A stretch of DNA of 64,000 nt from Candidatus Kaiserbacteria bacterium (lineage in GTDB: Bacteria > Patescibacteriota > Minisyncoccia > Phycocordibacterales > Phycocordibacteraceae). Location of the stretch: assembly GCA_016182485.1 (NCBI GenBank), contig JACPGH010000005.1, forward strand, positions 305-64,304. Reading direction: 5' to 3'. The notes below the pieces were generated by a model. The model was not told the DNA's origin. It made no database searches and saw only the letters and a program-made list of their open reading frames with translations. A program made the translations under genes and the position numbers. Positions 31,470 to 41,244 of this stretch are shown piece by piece. Within the stretch, counting starts at the first letter, position 1. Each line of letters opens with the position of its first letter.

Positions 31470-31922
31470 TCACCGTGAATAGGTGCCGCCCGCGGCAGTG
31501 AGCGCAGCGAGCGCACTGCCTGAAATCGCGCAGCCGGAAACGGCAAGCGGCTTGGAAAGAGCGCCTCCCCCAAGGATCTTCACTTGCGGAACCCGGCCTT
31601 TCGCTCGGCGCACGAGGCCTTTGGCAAGAAGAGACGCCGGCGTAACTCCCTCGCCGGAAACATAGCGCGCCTCCAGCGCTTCGAGGTTCACCACCGAGAC
31701 CGCGATCCGGTTCGCGCGGACCGTGCGCGCGCGGTTTTTGCCGTGGCCGCGGCGTTTCGGCAGTTTTTTGATTATATCTCGCATCTGCGGCCGTATCTTA
31801 TGGCCGGCGCGCGCCGACTGGCCTTTCGTGCCCCGGCCGGAAGTCTTCCCGCGCTTGCCGCCGCGGCCTACGTACGATGCCTTCTGTTTCTTCGTGCGAG
31901 GGGCGAGTGAGTTAAGTTGCAT
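31470..31922 (-). CDS. rplO: 50S ribosomal protein L15
   Basis: Gly/Arg/Lys-rich N-term; directly follows rpsE, no rpmD (L30) between. Confidence 0.9.
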   Translation of the reverse strand: MQLNSLAPRTKKQKASYVGRGGKRGKTSGRGTKGQSARAGHKIRPQMRDIIKKLPKRRGHGKNRARTVRANRIAVSVVNLEALEARYVSGEGVTPASLLAKGLVRRAKGRVPQVKILGGGALSKPLAVSGCAISGSALAALTAAGGTYSR

Positions 31923-31931
31923 GGTGAAATA

Positions 31932-32567
31932 TTAGCGCGAACGGCTTGCCGCGAGCGTAGTCGAGCGGAGCTCCTTGAGCGCCTCGACCGTCGCCCGCGC
32001 GATCGTGAGCTTGTTTTTCGTGCGCGAGTGGATCTTGGTGACCACGTCTGTCACGCCGGCGAGCTCGAGCACGGTACGCACGGCCGAACCGGCGACCAGC
32101 CCGCGGCCTTTCGAGGGAATGATCTCCACGATGGAGGAGGCGTATTTCGCGGACACCTGGTGCGGAATCGAATTGGCGGAGGTGCGCGGCACCGTAAATA
32201 AGTGCTTCTTGGCATCCCGCGTCGCCTTATCGATGGCAAGCGCCGTGTCCACTCCCTTTCCGAGTCCCACCCCTACGCGGCCTTTCTTGTCGCCGATGAT
32301 AACGGCGAGACTGAAGCTGAAGCGGCGGCCGCCGGCCATCACGCGAGCCACGCGGCGCGCCTCGATCGTAACCTGATCGAATTCTCCGCGCTCGCGCGGA
32401 GCGCGCGGGCCTCGGCCTCTCGGAGCGCGGCCGCGCATCGAGCCGCGTCCCGCGTGAAAAGGTCCGCGTTCCTGTGCGGGCTGCGCGGCCGCCGGCGTCG
32501 ATTCGGCGGGCTCCGTGACGAGCGCCACTTCTTCTTGGATCACTTCTTTTTCGGGAATGGTTGCCAT
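31932..32567 (-). CDS. rpsE: 30S ribosomal protein S5 with Arg/Pro-rich N-terminal extension
   Basis: VTIEARRVARVMAGGRRFSFSLAVIIGDKKGRVGVGLGK signature. Confidence 0.9.
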   Translation of the reverse strand: MATIPEKEVIQEEVALVTEPAESTPAAAQPAQERGPFHAGRGSMRGRAPRGRGPRAPRERGEFDQVTIEARRVARVMAGGRRFSFSLAVIIGDKKGRVGVGLGKGVDTALAIDKATRDAKKHLFTVPRTSANSIPHQVSAKYASSIVEIIPSKGRGLVAGSAVRTVLELAGVTDVVTKIHSRTKNKLTIARATVEALKELRSTTLAASRSR

Positions 32568-32600
32568 TTTTCTATATTTAAATGTTAAAAATATTTGAAT

Positions 32601-32951
32601 TTAAAATATAAGCCCGCCTGCGCGCGCCGCCTCCGCAAGCATCTGCACATGCCCGCCATAGCGGTAGCCGCCGCGATCGAAGACGACCGACTTCACGCCG
32701 AGGTCCTTGGCCGCTTTCGCTATCGCCTCGCCTACCGCCTTCGCCTGCACGGATTGAGAGCCTTTGAACGTACGCCCGTGCGCCGAAGCGACAGTCCTCC
32801 GCCTCGCGTCATCGATGAGTTGCGCGGAAACGAACTGATTCGACTTGTATACGGAAAGCCGCGGACGCTCGCTCGTCCCGACAATTTTTGCGCGTATGCG
32901 CTTGTGGCGGCGCTTCCTGAGTTCGTTCTTGGATTTGAATTTGTGTTGCAT
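32601..32951 (-). CDS. rplR: 50S ribosomal protein L18
   Basis: L18 signature RPRLSVYKSNQFVSAQLIDD. Confidence 0.9.
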   Translation of the reverse strand: MQHKFKSKNELRKRRHKRIRAKIVGTSERPRLSVYKSNQFVSAQLIDDARRRTVASAHGRTFKGSQSVQAKAVGEAIAKAAKDLGVKSVVFDRGGYRYGGHVQMLAEAARAGGLIF

Positions 32952-32984
32952 GTTTTTTGCTAGAGCCTAGCGCCTAAAGCCTAG

Positions 32985-33515
32985 TTAGACGACCTTCTTG
33001 CCCTGCTTGCGGCGGACAACTTCGGTATCGTAGTGCATGCCCTTCCCCAGATACGGTTCCGGGGGCTTCACGCGCCGTACGACCGCGGAAAATTGTCCGA
33101 CCGATTCCTTGTTCGGGCTCGCGAAGGTTATGACGTTCTTCTCCACGGTAACAGCGACATCTTCGGGAATAGGCAGCTTCACCGGATGGGAGAAACCAAC
33201 TGAGAGCACGAGTTCTTTGCCTTTCAGCTCTACGCGATAACCAACGCCTTCGAGGATCAGCTTTTTTACGTAGGGCGTCTCCACGCCAGCGATCATGTTC
33301 TTGAGATGCGAGGCGAATGTGCCGGTCAGAGCCCGAGCGAGCCGAGAGTTCTCCTTGGGCGCAACGGATACGCCCTCTGCGCCTACTGTGATGGATATCG
33401 TCGGGTGCACGCGCTTGGCGAGCGTGCCCTTGGCGCCCTTCACGGTGAGAGTGCCGCCGGCGACCGAGACCTCGGCCTTGCCTATAGCGATGGGTTTTTT
33501 AGCGAGACGGCTCAT
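32985..33515 (-). CDS. rplF: 50S ribosomal protein L6
   Basis: MSRLAKKPIAIGKAEV..., two L6 repeats. Confidence 0.95.
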   Translation of the reverse strand: MSRLAKKPIAIGKAEVSVAGGTLTVKGAKGTLAKRVHPTISITVGAEGVSVAPKENSRLARALTGTFASHLKNMIAGVETPYVKKLILEGVGYRVELKGKELVLSVGFSHPVKLPIPEDVAVTVEKNVITFASPNKESVGQFSAVVRRVKPPEPYLGKGMHYDTEVVRRKQGKKVV

Positions 33516-33569
33516 ATAAGTGGGGTGCCAATATTCGTATCATTTGTCTTTATTCGCATATCATTCGTA

Positions 33570-33974
33570 TCACCAGATCTCAAAAAGCTCTTCTCCGCCG
33601 ACTCGATTCCTGCGCGCTTCTCCGTCCGAAAGGACGCCGAGAGACGTCGAGAGGATGCGCGCCCCGGTGCCGCCCTTCACGCGATGCGCGGCGGTGTGCG
33701 GCGCATACAGCCGCCGGCCGGGCTTGCTCACCCGCTTTACCCCGCGCAGGCGCGGGATGCCGCGCTCGTCATAAGCCAGGCTCGCCACGATCTCCTTGCG
33801 CACCTCGCTCTGCCCGATCGCTCTGACGTCGACCTCGGCGATAAAACCGAGCTCTTTCAGCTTCTTCGCGACGGCTAGGAGGTGAGTCGAGTGGGCAACC
33901 ACCACCGTCGGCTTGCCGATACGGGCGGCATTCTGCAGTCGTATGATGAAATCCCCGATGCTGTCAGTTACCAT
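33570..33974 (-). CDS. rpsH: 30S ribosomal protein S8
   Basis: Start at MVTDSIGDFIIRLQNA; upstream in-frame extension of ORF 33570..34076 overlaps rpsN and is spurious. Confidence 0.9.
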   Translation of the reverse strand: MVTDSIGDFIIRLQNAARIGKPTVVVAHSTHLLAVAKKLKELGFIAEVDVRAIGQSEVRKEIVASLAYDERGIPRLRGVKRVSKPGRRLYAPHTAAHRVKGGTGARILSTSLGVLSDGEARRNRVGGEELFEIW

Positions 33975-33993
33975 AGTGATGAGTGAAATCGAA

Positions 33994-34263
33994 CTACCAT
34001 GACGCTTTTTTAACTCCCGGAATCTTGCCTTCGCGCGCGAGCCTACGGAATTCGATGCGCGAGAGACCGAACGCACGCATATACCCGCGCGAGCGGCCGG
34101 AGATAGCGCAACGGCTCTTCAGCCGCACCGGCGAAGAATTTCTCGGAAGTTTCTGCAGGGCCTCCCAGTCGCCACCAGCCTTAAGCGCCGCGCGCTTCGC
34201 GGCGTACTTTCTCACGAGCCTCTCCTTCTTGGCGAGGCGCGCCAGCTGGGATTTCTTAGCCAT
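33994..34263 (-). CDS. rpsN: 30S ribosomal protein S14 (long type)
   Basis: [20 protein letters not shown]...[39 protein letters not shown]. Confidence 0.9.
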   Translation of the reverse strand: MAKKSQLARLAKKERLVRKYAAKRAALKAGGDWEALQKLPRNSSPVRLKSRCAISGRSRGYMRAFGLSRIEFRRLAREGKIPGVKKASW

Positions 34264-34301
34264 AACAAAAATAAAGCTCCGAGGAGCGTGCTCGTAGCGT
34301 A

Positions 34302-34853
34302 TCAGCGTTTGGCGACCGAGTCAACGACGAGAGGAAGGCCAAGATGGCGCAGGAACGCCTCGGCCTCGGCCTTTGACGAGGCAGTCGTTACGATCGTGAT
34401 AGCGAGACCGAACACGTCCTTCAGGTCCTCGTCGGAGGTCTCCGGGAAGATCGTATTCTCTTTGATGCCGACGGTGACATTCCCCATATCATCAATAGCT
34501 TTGGCTGAAAGGCCTCGGAAGTCGCGAGTGCGCGGCAGGGCGATGTGGATGAGCTTGTCGAGGAAATCGTACATGCGGGCGCCGCGCAGAGTCACCTGAA
34601 GGCCAACTACGTCTCCCTCGCGCACCTTGAAGGAAGCGATCGAAAGGCGCGCCGTGCGTGCGGAAGGCTTCTGCCCCGTGATGCGAGCCAGACGATCCTC
34701 GATCAATTCGAGTTGTTTTTTGTCCCGCTTCTTGCCGACGCCGGAGGACACGATGACCTTGGTCACGCGCGGGCCCTGCATAGGACTCGTGTACCCGAAG
34801 GCCTCGCGGAGCGCGAGATAAGCGGCCTGCTGTTTTTGCTTGGTGAGAGACAT
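34302..34853 (-). CDS. rplE: 50S ribosomal protein L5
   Basis: L5 signature. Confidence 0.95.
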   Translation of the reverse strand: MSLTKQKQQAAYLALREAFGYTSPMQGPRVTKVIVSSGVGKKRDKKQLELIEDRLARITGQKPSARTARLSIASFKVREGDVVGLQVTLRGARMYDFLDKLIHIALPRTRDFRGLSAKAIDDMGNVTVGIKENTIFPETSDEDLKDVFGLAITIVTTASSKAEAEAFLRHLGLPLVVDSVAKR

Positions 34854-34885
34854 AATTAAATATTTAAATATTTAAATATTTAAAG
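34854..34885. repeat. (TTAAATAT)x3-4 tandem octamer repeat in rplX-rplE spacer
   Basis: attaaatatttaaatatttaaatatttaaagc directly upstream of rplE ATG. Confidence 0.7.
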
Positions 34886-35149
34886 CTACTTGCTTTTGCC
34901 CTTCGGCGCACCGAACGCCGATTCGACCTTTCCCTTCCCCGTGCGCACGACATTGCTCGCGTCTATCGGGCGCGGGCGCTCTACAATGCGCCCTACCTTG
35001 CCCGCGGCGCCCTTAAGGTGCCGCTTCGCGAGCGCGACGCCTTCTACGACGACCTTGTTCTCGCGCGGCAGGGCGCGCAGGATTACTCCGGACTTTCCTT
35101 TGTCCTTGCCGGTAATCACTTTCACGGAATCGCCTTTTTTAATTTTCAT
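34886..35149 (-). CDS. rplX: 50S ribosomal protein L24
   Basis: KOW motif MKIKKGDSVKVITGKDKGKSGVI. Confidence 0.9.
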   Translation of the reverse strand: MKIKKGDSVKVITGKDKGKSGVILRALPRENKVVVEGVALAKRHLKGAAGKVGRIVERPRPIDASNVVRTGKGKVESAFGAPKGKSK

Positions 35150-35173
35150 AAGACTTAATATGACGCATGCGGC

Positions 35174-35551
35174 CTATACGACCTCGGGCGCGAGCGAGAC
35201 TATCGCGTGCCATCCTCGCTCGGAAAGCTCCCGCGGCACGGGCCCGAAGATGCGATTCCCTTTCGGTCCCATCTCCTTGCCCTGCTTCTCGATGAGCACG
35301 ACGGCGTTATCATCAAAACGGATGTGCGAGCCGTCTTTGCGGCCGAAGGGCTTTGTCTGCCGCACGACTACGGCCCGATAGATATCCTTCTTCTTCACGC
35401 CCGCGCGCGGCGCCGCGGTCTGTATAGAGACGACGACAATGTCGCCGATGCGCGCATAGCGGCGCTTGCTGCCTCCAAGCACCTTGAAGATCCGGGCGAC
35501 CTTGCCGCCGGAATTGTCTGCTACCGTAACGATGGATTGGGGTTGAAGCAT
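35174..35551 (-). CDS. rplN: 50S ribosomal protein L14
   Basis: MLQPQSIVTVADNSGGK... Confidence 0.95.
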   Translation of the reverse strand: MLQPQSIVTVADNSGGKVARIFKVLGGSKRRYARIGDIVVVSIQTAAPRAGVKKKDIYRAVVVRQTKPFGRKDGSHIRFDDNAVVLIEKQGKEMGPKGNRIFGPVPRELSERGWHAIVSLAPEVV

Positions 35552-35568
35552 AGGTAGATAAGTAGGCT

Positions 35569-35847
35569 CTAGGCTCTAGGCTCTAGGCTGATACGGAAAT
35601 GCTTGCGTTTTGAAATGGGTCGCGTAGCCACAATGGTGACTTTATCGCCTACCTGCGCGGCATTGCCTGGATTGTGGGCGAGAAATTTTTTCGAACGAAC
35701 AAGGTATTTCTTGTATTTCGGGTGCTTCTCGAAGCGGTCGACCCGCACGGTGGCCGTCTCCTGCATGGCCGTCTTGACGACGGTTCCGACGAACGATTGA
35801 GGTCGACCCTGAACGGAGCGAGCGAGGCGAGTGAGTTTTTGTTCCAT
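35569..35847 (-). CDS. rpsQ: 30S ribosomal protein S17
   Basis: OB-fold S17 signature; 3' end contains (GGCTCTA)x3 tandem. Confidence 0.9.
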   Translation of the reverse strand: MEQKLTRLARSVQGRPQSFVGTVVKTAMQETATVRVDRFEKHPKYKKYLVRSKKFLAHNPGNAAQVGDKVTIVATRPISKRKHFRISLEPRA

Positions 35848-35848
35848 G

Positions 35849-36055
35849 TTATGCGTGCGCGGCTTTCGCCTTTCGAGCGTGTTGTTCGGTTACTATGCGG
35901 GCAATGGTCTTGCGCAGTTTCTGCGGCGCGTTCGAATCCTTGGGGCGCGCGCCGGCAGCCGCGAACCGCTCGGTCCGCAGGCTGTTCTTGGTCTCGACAA
36001 GAAGCTTCGAGAGCTCTTGATCTGATTTGGACGCCATGGAATCTCTTTTTGTCAT
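35849..36055 (-). CDS. rpmC: 50S ribosomal protein L29
   Basis: ELSKLLVETKNSLRTERFAAA. Confidence 0.85.
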   Translation of the reverse strand: MTKRDSMASKSDQELSKLLVETKNSLRTERFAAAGARPKDSNAPQKLRKTIARIVTEQHARKAKAAHA

Positions 36056-36077
36056 AGTTTCGCGGAGTATGCAACTT

Positions 36078-36500
36078 TTAGCGGCGCGATACGATGATCG
36101 TATTCACCGGCAACTTCATGCCCGCTTCCCGCAGGTGCGCGCGGGCCACGTTCTCCGGCACTCCGTCGAGTTCGAAGAGCATGCGGCCCGGACGCACCTG
36201 GAACACGAAGTGCTTGAGATCGCCTTTGCCCTTGCCCATGCCCACCTCCGCCGGCTTGGCAGTTATCGGCCGGTCCGGGAAAATGCGGATCCAAAGCTTC
36301 CCTGTCTTCGCCGTCGCGCGGGTAAGCACTTTGCGCGCGGCTTCGATCTGGTTGCTCGTCATGCGGGCGTTCGTCACGGCCTTCAAGCCGAAAGAGCCGA
36401 ACGCGAGAGTGGTACCGCGCGTATCGGGCCGCCTGAGGCGCTTTGGCGAGAGTCTCTGCGTCTGCCATTTGCGATGTTTGACCTTCTTGGGGAAAAGCAT
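36078..36500 (-). CDS. rplP: 50S ribosomal protein L16
   Basis: Start MLFPKKVKHRKWQTQRL (internal M of ORF 36078..36554). Confidence 0.9.
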   Translation of the reverse strand: MLFPKKVKHRKWQTQRLSPKRLRRPDTRGTTLAFGSFGLKAVTNARMTSNQIEAARKVLTRATAKTGKLWIRIFPDRPITAKPAEVGMGKGKGDLKHFVFQVRPGRMLFELDGVPENVARAHLREAGMKLPVNTIIVSRR

Positions 36501-36510
36501 ATTGAAATAT

Positions 36511-37230
36511 TTAGGCTTCCGCGCGCACGGGACTCTTTCGGTCCTGATACACATTCCCTCGGTAGATCCACACCTTTACCCCGATCACGCCATAAGGCAG
36601 GCGCGCGTCCTGGTGCGCGAAATCAATATCGGCGCGGAATGTCTGGAGCGGGATGCGGCCCTTCTTCAGCTGCTCTTTCCGGCTCATTTCCGCGCCGCCC
36701 AAGCGGCCGGCGAGCGCGATGCGCACGCCCTCGACCTCCCGCGCGGCGATGACCTTTTCGACCGTTTGCTTCAGCACGCGGCGGAACGGCAAACGCTTCT
36801 CCAATCCCTCTACGACCATCGCGGCGACGACGGCCGCGTCCGTTTCCGGCTGGCGCACTTCGATGATGTCGAGCTTGACCTGCTTGCCCAGTACCGAATC
36901 AGATTTGGTACTGGGCTTGCCCGCCGACCGGGAAGCTTTTTGAATTACCTCCGTGAGTTCTTTGCGCAATTTCGTCGCGTTTTCTCCCGAGCGGCCGATG
37001 ACAAGCCCCGGGCGCGCGGTGGAGAGAATAATCCGCAGCTCGCCGGCCGAACGCTCTATCTCGATATCGCTCACGTACATGCCGCGCAGGCGCTTCGCAA
37101 GGAAGCGGCGGATCGTCTCGTCTACCTTTATGTTATCGCGATAGCTCTTCTTGTCGGCAGCGAACCAGCGGCTCTTCCAGTCTCGGATGATGCCGAGGCG
37201 ATGCGCGTATGGATGTACGATGTGAGTCAT
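36511..37230 (-). CDS. rpsC: 30S ribosomal protein S3
   Basis: KH domain + S3 C-terminal domain. Confidence 0.95.
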   Translation of the reverse strand: MTHIVHPYAHRLGIIRDWKSRWFAADKKSYRDNIKVDETIRRFLAKRLRGMYVSDIEIERSAGELRIILSTARPGLVIGRSGENATKLRKELTEVIQKASRSAGKPSTKSDSVLGKQVKLDIIEVRQPETDAAVVAAMVVEGLEKRLPFRRVLKQTVEKVIAAREVEGVRIALAGRLGGAEMSRKEQLKKGRIPLQTFRADIDFAHQDARLPYGVIGVKVWIYRGNVYQDRKSPVRAEA

Positions 37231-37239
37231 AGCTAGAGC

Positions 37240-37569
37240 CTAGTGCCTAGAGCCTAGTTCCACGGTAATGCGGCTCTTGCGCCGGCGGATGAGCGCGGCG
37301 CTGCCGCGCGCGCGAGGCATGTACTTCTTGAGCATTCCGGCGCTGCCCACCGTGACGCTCTTCACGACGAGCGTCTCCGCATCTACCCCCTGTGCCTTAG
37401 CGTTCGCCGCGGCGCTCTCTATAAGCTTTTTCATGGGTTCGGCCGCGCGCTTGGGAAGGAACGCGAGCGAAGCAAGCGCATGAGGCACCTTCTTTCCCTT
37501 CACTAGGTCGGCGACGAGCCGGACCTTGCGGGGCGACTGGTTATAGCTTTTGAGCGAGGCAGTAGCCAT
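37240..37569 (-). CDS. rplV: 50S ribosomal protein L22
   Basis: L22 signature. Confidence 0.9.
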   Translation of the reverse strand: MATASLKSYNQSPRKVRLVADLVKGKKVPHALASLAFLPKRAAEPMKKLIESAAANAKAQGVDAETLVVKSVTVGSAGMLKKYMPRARGSAALIRRRKSRITVELGSRH

Positions 37570-37571
37570 AT

Positions 37572-37913
37572 TTACTTCTTTGCTGCCGGAGCCGCTTTGG
37601 CGGCCTGGGCAGAGGCGATCTCCGCCTGCTGTTTCTTCTGCTCCATCTCCTTCTGCATCTTGCCTCCATGGCGCACGAAGCGCTTGGTAGGCGAAAATTC
37701 GCCCAAGCGATGGCCGACCATCTCTTCGGTGATAAGCACCTCGATGTGCTGTTTGCCGTTATGGACGCCGAGCTTGAATCCGACCATCTCCGGGCTTATC
37801 TGGCTCCGGCGCGCCCACGTATTTATGACTCCGGCAGAGGCCGGTCTCGAATTAAGCACCTTCTTCAGGAGCTTCACGTCCACGAAGGGACCTTTCTTGA
37901 GCGAGCGTGACAT
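37572..37913 (-). CDS. rpsS: 30S ribosomal protein S19 with Lys/Ala-rich C-terminal extension
   Basis: Start [12 protein letters not shown]; S19 core then ~25-aa [20 protein letters not shown] tail. Confidence 0.9.
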   Translation of the reverse strand: MSRSLKKGPFVDVKLLKKVLNSRPASAGVINTWARRSQISPEMVGFKLGVHNGKQHIEVLITEEMVGHRLGEFSPTKRFVRHGGKMQKEMEQKKQQAEIASAQAAKAAPAAKK

Positions 37914-37955
37914 GGGTATGCAAAAGCCCGCGCCTGCCGGCAGGCAGGCGCGGGC
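37914..37955 (-). terminator. Perfect 13-bp GC hairpin + TTTT immediately upstream of rpsS start (terminator of inserted gene / attenuator)
   Basis: gcccgcgcctgcc ggca ggcaggcgcgggc; minus strand then ttttgcataccc ATG. Confidence 0.45.
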
Positions 37956-38046
37956 GCGCAAGCCAAACCTGAAAGCTGTGGGATACCTCAAATGTACCGG
38001 AACCTCGCCAAAAAGTCAAAACTTTGACAAATATTACAGCTAACGT

Positions 38047-38337
38047 CTAGACATTTGCCTTTTCCAGGCGTCGGATGCGGCGCTCGTGATCGAGAATTTT
38101 GACGGAATCCTTATCAACTGCTCGGGCGACACCGTCGAGTGTTTCTTTCATATCCTCAACAGCATCTTCAAGGGCGCCAGTACGCTTTTCTATCGCGGTC
38201 ATGCGGTATTCCAGTCCGTCAAATCGCTCTTCGAATTTATTCTCTATTTTCTCAAAACCAGTTTGGACAGCTCCCAGTACATCGGAAAGCGTTGGTTCAT
38301 ATGTATCTGATTTCTTGGCGCGCTTCATGCGGAACAT
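38047..38337 (-). CDS. Small coiled-coil protein (96 aa) inserted between rplB and rpsS; paralog of 45356..45658
   Basis: Start MFRMKRAKK; upstream part of ORF 38047..38505 overlaps rplB and is spurious; KIENKFEERF...ILDHERRIRRLE. Confidence 0.55.
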   Translation of the reverse strand: MFRMKRAKKSDTYEPTLSDVLGAVQTGFEKIENKFEERFDGLEYRMTAIEKRTGALEDAVEDMKETLDGVARAVDKDSVKILDHERRIRRLEKANV

Positions 38338-38399
38338 TGTAGCACGCGCGCAAAACACAATCGGCCGCCCGCGGGAAGCCGGTTGCGCTGAACTCAATA

Positions 38400-39248
38400 T
38401 TATCCCTTGCGGTTCTTCCCTACCTTCCGGCGGGAAATAATAAACACATTTGAATACTTCTTTGGCGTGCGCGTCTTCTGTCCCTTGCCGGAGGGCTTGC
38501 CCCACTTAGTCTTCGCGCGGCGCGTACCTCGGCCCTGGCGTCCTTCGCCGCCGCCGTGCGGGTGATCCACTGGATTCATCGCGGTACCGCGCACTGTCGG
38601 ACGGATGCCGAGCCAGCGGCTGCGCCCGGCTTTGCCTATGACGACGAGATTCGACTCCTCGTTCCCTACCTGCCCGATGGATGCCCAGCAGAGATCGGAA
38701 ACTTTGCGCACTTCAGTCGAAGGCAGCTTCACCTGGGCATAGCCGGCGTCATGTGCGACGACCTCGGCAAAATTGCCGGCGGAGCGGACGAGTACGCCGC
38801 CCGCCTCAGGCGAAAGCTCTATATTGTAAACGAACGTGCCGACCGGGATGCGGCCGAGCGGAAGCCGGTTACCCGCTTTAAGCGGCGCATCGGCCGAGAC
38901 GATAAGTGTACTGCCTACTTTCACGTCCTTCGGCAGAATGACGTAACGGCGCTCGCCATCTTTGTAGAGAACCCGGCCAATGAACGCCGAGCGGAACGGG
39001 TCGTATTCTACGGTTTCAACTACCGCAGGAATGTCTTTCTTGTTGAAGGAGAAATCAATCGCGCGGAAACGCTGCTTATGCCCGCCGCCCTGATGGCGGG
39101 TCGTGATGCGGCCGAAGGCGTTCCTGCCGCCCTGACTTTTCTTTTTCTTGAGCAATGGCTTATGGGGCGCGTCGCCCGACAAGAGCTCCCGGTACGGGAG
39201 CGTGGTCATGAAGCGGCGGCTCTTGGTGGTGGGACGATAGGATTTCAT
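38400..39248 (-). CDS. rplB: 50S ribosomal protein L2
   Basis: L2 signature incl. GGGHKQ. Confidence 0.95.
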   Translation of the reverse strand: MKSYRPTTKSRRFMTTLPYRELLSGDAPHKPLLKKKKSQGGRNAFGRITTRHQGGGHKQRFRAIDFSFNKKDIPAVVETVEYDPFRSAFIGRVLYKDGERRYVILPKDVKVGSTLIVSADAPLKAGNRLPLGRIPVGTFVYNIELSPEAGGVLVRSAGNFAEVVAHDAGYAQVKLPSTEVRKVSDLCWASIGQVGNEESNLVVIGKAGRSRWLGIRPTVRGTAMNPVDHPHGGGEGRQGRGTRRAKTKWGKPSGKGQKTRTPKKYSNVFIISRRKVGKNRKG

Positions 39249-39284
39249 AAAACTAGTGGCTAGGTGCTAGTAACTGGAGACTAG

Positions 39285-39653
39285 TTAGGCGAATTGAATC
39301 GTGTCGCCGGCGTTCAAATACACGTACGCCTTGCGTCTGGCCGCGCGCGTGCCGAAGCCGCGCTTCGTGCGAAGGGCTTTGCGCTTCGCCGACAGGTTCA
39401 CGACACGGATTTTCCTCGGCACGACGTTGAAGATCTCCTTTACCGCCCCGGCTATCTGGGCTTTAGTCGCCCAGGCGGGAACTGAAAAAGCGTATACGCC
39501 CTTTTCCGTCGCAATGAGCGCCTTCTCCGAGAACCAGGGCGCGCGGATGATCTCATGCGCAATCCCATTTGAAAGCTTCGAGGCCCGCGCATGGCGAACG
39601 ACCGCCTTGCTTTCTTTCTTGTCCTCCTTCTTTTTTGTACCGAAGAGTGCCAT
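39285..39653 (-). CDS. rplW: 50S ribosomal protein L23 with N-terminal extension
   Basis: L23 core. Confidence 0.85.
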   Translation of the reverse strand: MALFGTKKKEDKKESKAVVRHARASKLSNGIAHEIIRAPWFSEKALIATEKGVYAFSVPAWATKAQIAGAVKEIFNVVPRKIRVVNLSAKRKALRTKRGFGTRAARRKAYVYLNAGDTIQFA

Positions 39654-39659
39654 GGTGAT

Positions 39660-40409
39660 TTATTTAGTTTCCGCACGGGAGAGCAGCGCGGCGAACGCCG
39701 CTTCTGGCTTCTCTATGACGACATATTTATGCGAGAGCAGGGCGAGCGGGTTTAGGCTCCGCGCCTCCTCCGTCGCGACGCCGTGAAGATTGCGGAAACT
39801 CTTTATCACGTTCGTATTATAGGCATGCAAAACAATGAGAACCGACTTCGATCCGTTTTCCGAAAGAAGTTTCGCCTTCGCCGATTTTGAAAGAGCGACG
39901 AGAGCGGCAAGCGCCTCCTTCGTCTTGGGCGCGGCAAAAGACAAGCCGTCGACGAGCACGATCTCGCCATCTTTAGCTTTCTTAGAGAGGACGGCCGCGA
40001 GCGCGCCGAATTTCATCTTCTTATTGATCTTCTCGCTGTAATCGCGCTCCTTGCGCGGACCGAACGTGATGCCGCCGTGGCGCCAGATGGGAGAACGCGT
40101 CGAGCTGTGGCGAGCCTGCCCTGTTCCTTTCTGGCGCCATGGCTTTCTGCCGCCTCCGGAAACTTCGGATCGGTCCTTGGTGTGCGCGCGGTTCTGCCGC
40201 GCGTTCGCCTGCATAGCGGTCACGACCTGGTGCACTAGGTCGCTCCGCCACGGGGCGGCGAAAATCTTTTCCGGCAGCGCGATAGTGGAAACCTTGTCGC
40301 CCTTCATCGAATAGACTTGGGCTTCGGCCAGGACCGAGGCTGCGGCCTTCTCTACGCGCGCCTTCGGCGCGCGCGTTCTTTTTTCTTCTGTTTTGATTTT
40401 CGTTTCCAT
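39660..40409 (-). CDS. rplD: 50S ribosomal protein L4
   Basis: L4 signature. Confidence 0.9.
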   Translation of the reverse strand: METKIKTEEKRTRAPKARVEKAAASVLAEAQVYSMKGDKVSTIALPEKIFAAPWRSDLVHQVVTAMQANARQNRAHTKDRSEVSGGGRKPWRQKGTGQARHSSTRSPIWRHGGITFGPRKERDYSEKINKKMKFGALAAVLSKKAKDGEIVLVDGLSFAAPKTKEALAALVALSKSAKAKLLSENGSKSVLIVLHAYNTNVIKSFRNLHGVATEEARSLNPLALLSHKYVVIEKPEAAFAALLSRAETK

Positions 40410-40415
40410 AGTTGT

Positions 40416-41075
40416 CTACTTGCTGCTTACTACTTCCAGAATAGTGCCGCGGCGGCCAGGCACCGCTCCGGAGACGACCATCTCGCCCGTTTCGGCGTCT
40501 ATAGCGAGCACTTTCAGATTCTTCACGGTAACCCGGTCGTGACCCATGCGGCCCGCCATCCGCATGCCCTTCGCGACGCGGCCGCCGGCGCGGCCGCTCG
40601 ACCCGCCGATGGAACCCGGCTCGCGCTCCGAGTGCTTCTGGCCGTGGGTTCTCGGCCCGCCGTGGAATCCGTGCCGCTTCACGACGCCCGCGAAGCCTTT
40701 GCCTTTCGTAAGGCCGGATATATTCACGACATCGCCGATCTTGAAAATTGAAATGTCTATCGTGCCGCCGACTTCTGGAGCCGACGCTTCGGTCGGCCCC
40801 CCGACCATCTGCGCGTCGGGGCCGCCATCGAGACGGAATTCTCGAATCGCCTCATAGCCACTCCCTTTCGTGTGACCCAAGACCGCCTTGCTGATGTTTT
40901 TTGTTTTTCGTTTGCCTATTCCAAGCTGCACTGCTGCATAGCCGTCCTTTCCCTCCGCAGTTTTGACCTGCGTCACGACAACCGGGTCCACTTTAAGCAG
41001 CGTACCTGCCCGGGCGCGGCCATCCTCCCCGAAAAGCCGGGTCATGGATTCCTTCTTGGCGAGAATGAATTTCAT
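40416..41075 (-). CDS. rplC: 50S ribosomal protein L3
   Basis: L3 signature. Confidence 0.95.
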   Translation of the reverse strand: MKFILAKKESMTRLFGEDGRARAGTLLKVDPVVVTQVKTAEGKDGYAAVQLGIGKRKTKNISKAVLGHTKGSGYEAIREFRLDGGPDAQMVGGPTEASAPEVGGTIDISIFKIGDVVNISGLTKGKGFAGVVKRHGFHGGPRTHGQKHSEREPGSIGGSSGRAGGRVAKGMRMAGRMGHDRVTVKNLKVLAIDAETGEMVVSGAVPGRRGTILEVVSSK

Positions 41076-41244
41076 CGTCTGTTTGATTTGTCGAAATCAA
41101 AGATTTCGACGCAAATCGCCCCAGCATCGCTACGGGGCGATTTGCTGGAGGTCCCTCGCGATTACGCTCGGGACATAGCGACCTACGCACTCTACACAAC
41201 CCGCCGAAAATCAGCAAGCCCCGCCAGCGGCGGGGCTTGGATCG
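41076..41244 (-). promoter_or_regulatory. Structured leader upstream of rplC with three consecutive hairpins
   Basis: gtcgaaatc aaa gatttcgac; caaatcgcccc...ggggcgatttg; aagccccgcc agc ggcggggctt. Confidence 0.4.

Noticed and set aside
36094-37236. Long + strand ORF (380 aa) and other long ORFs antisense to ribosomal genes (e.g. 47018..48427 antisense to fusA, 9688..10692 and 9572..10399 antisense to groEL, 4943..5728 antisense to ABC ATPase)
   Set aside because: High GC content generates long stop-free antisense frames. The opposite-strand genes are unambiguous conserved proteins, and the antisense products are low-complexity Arg/Ala-rich.
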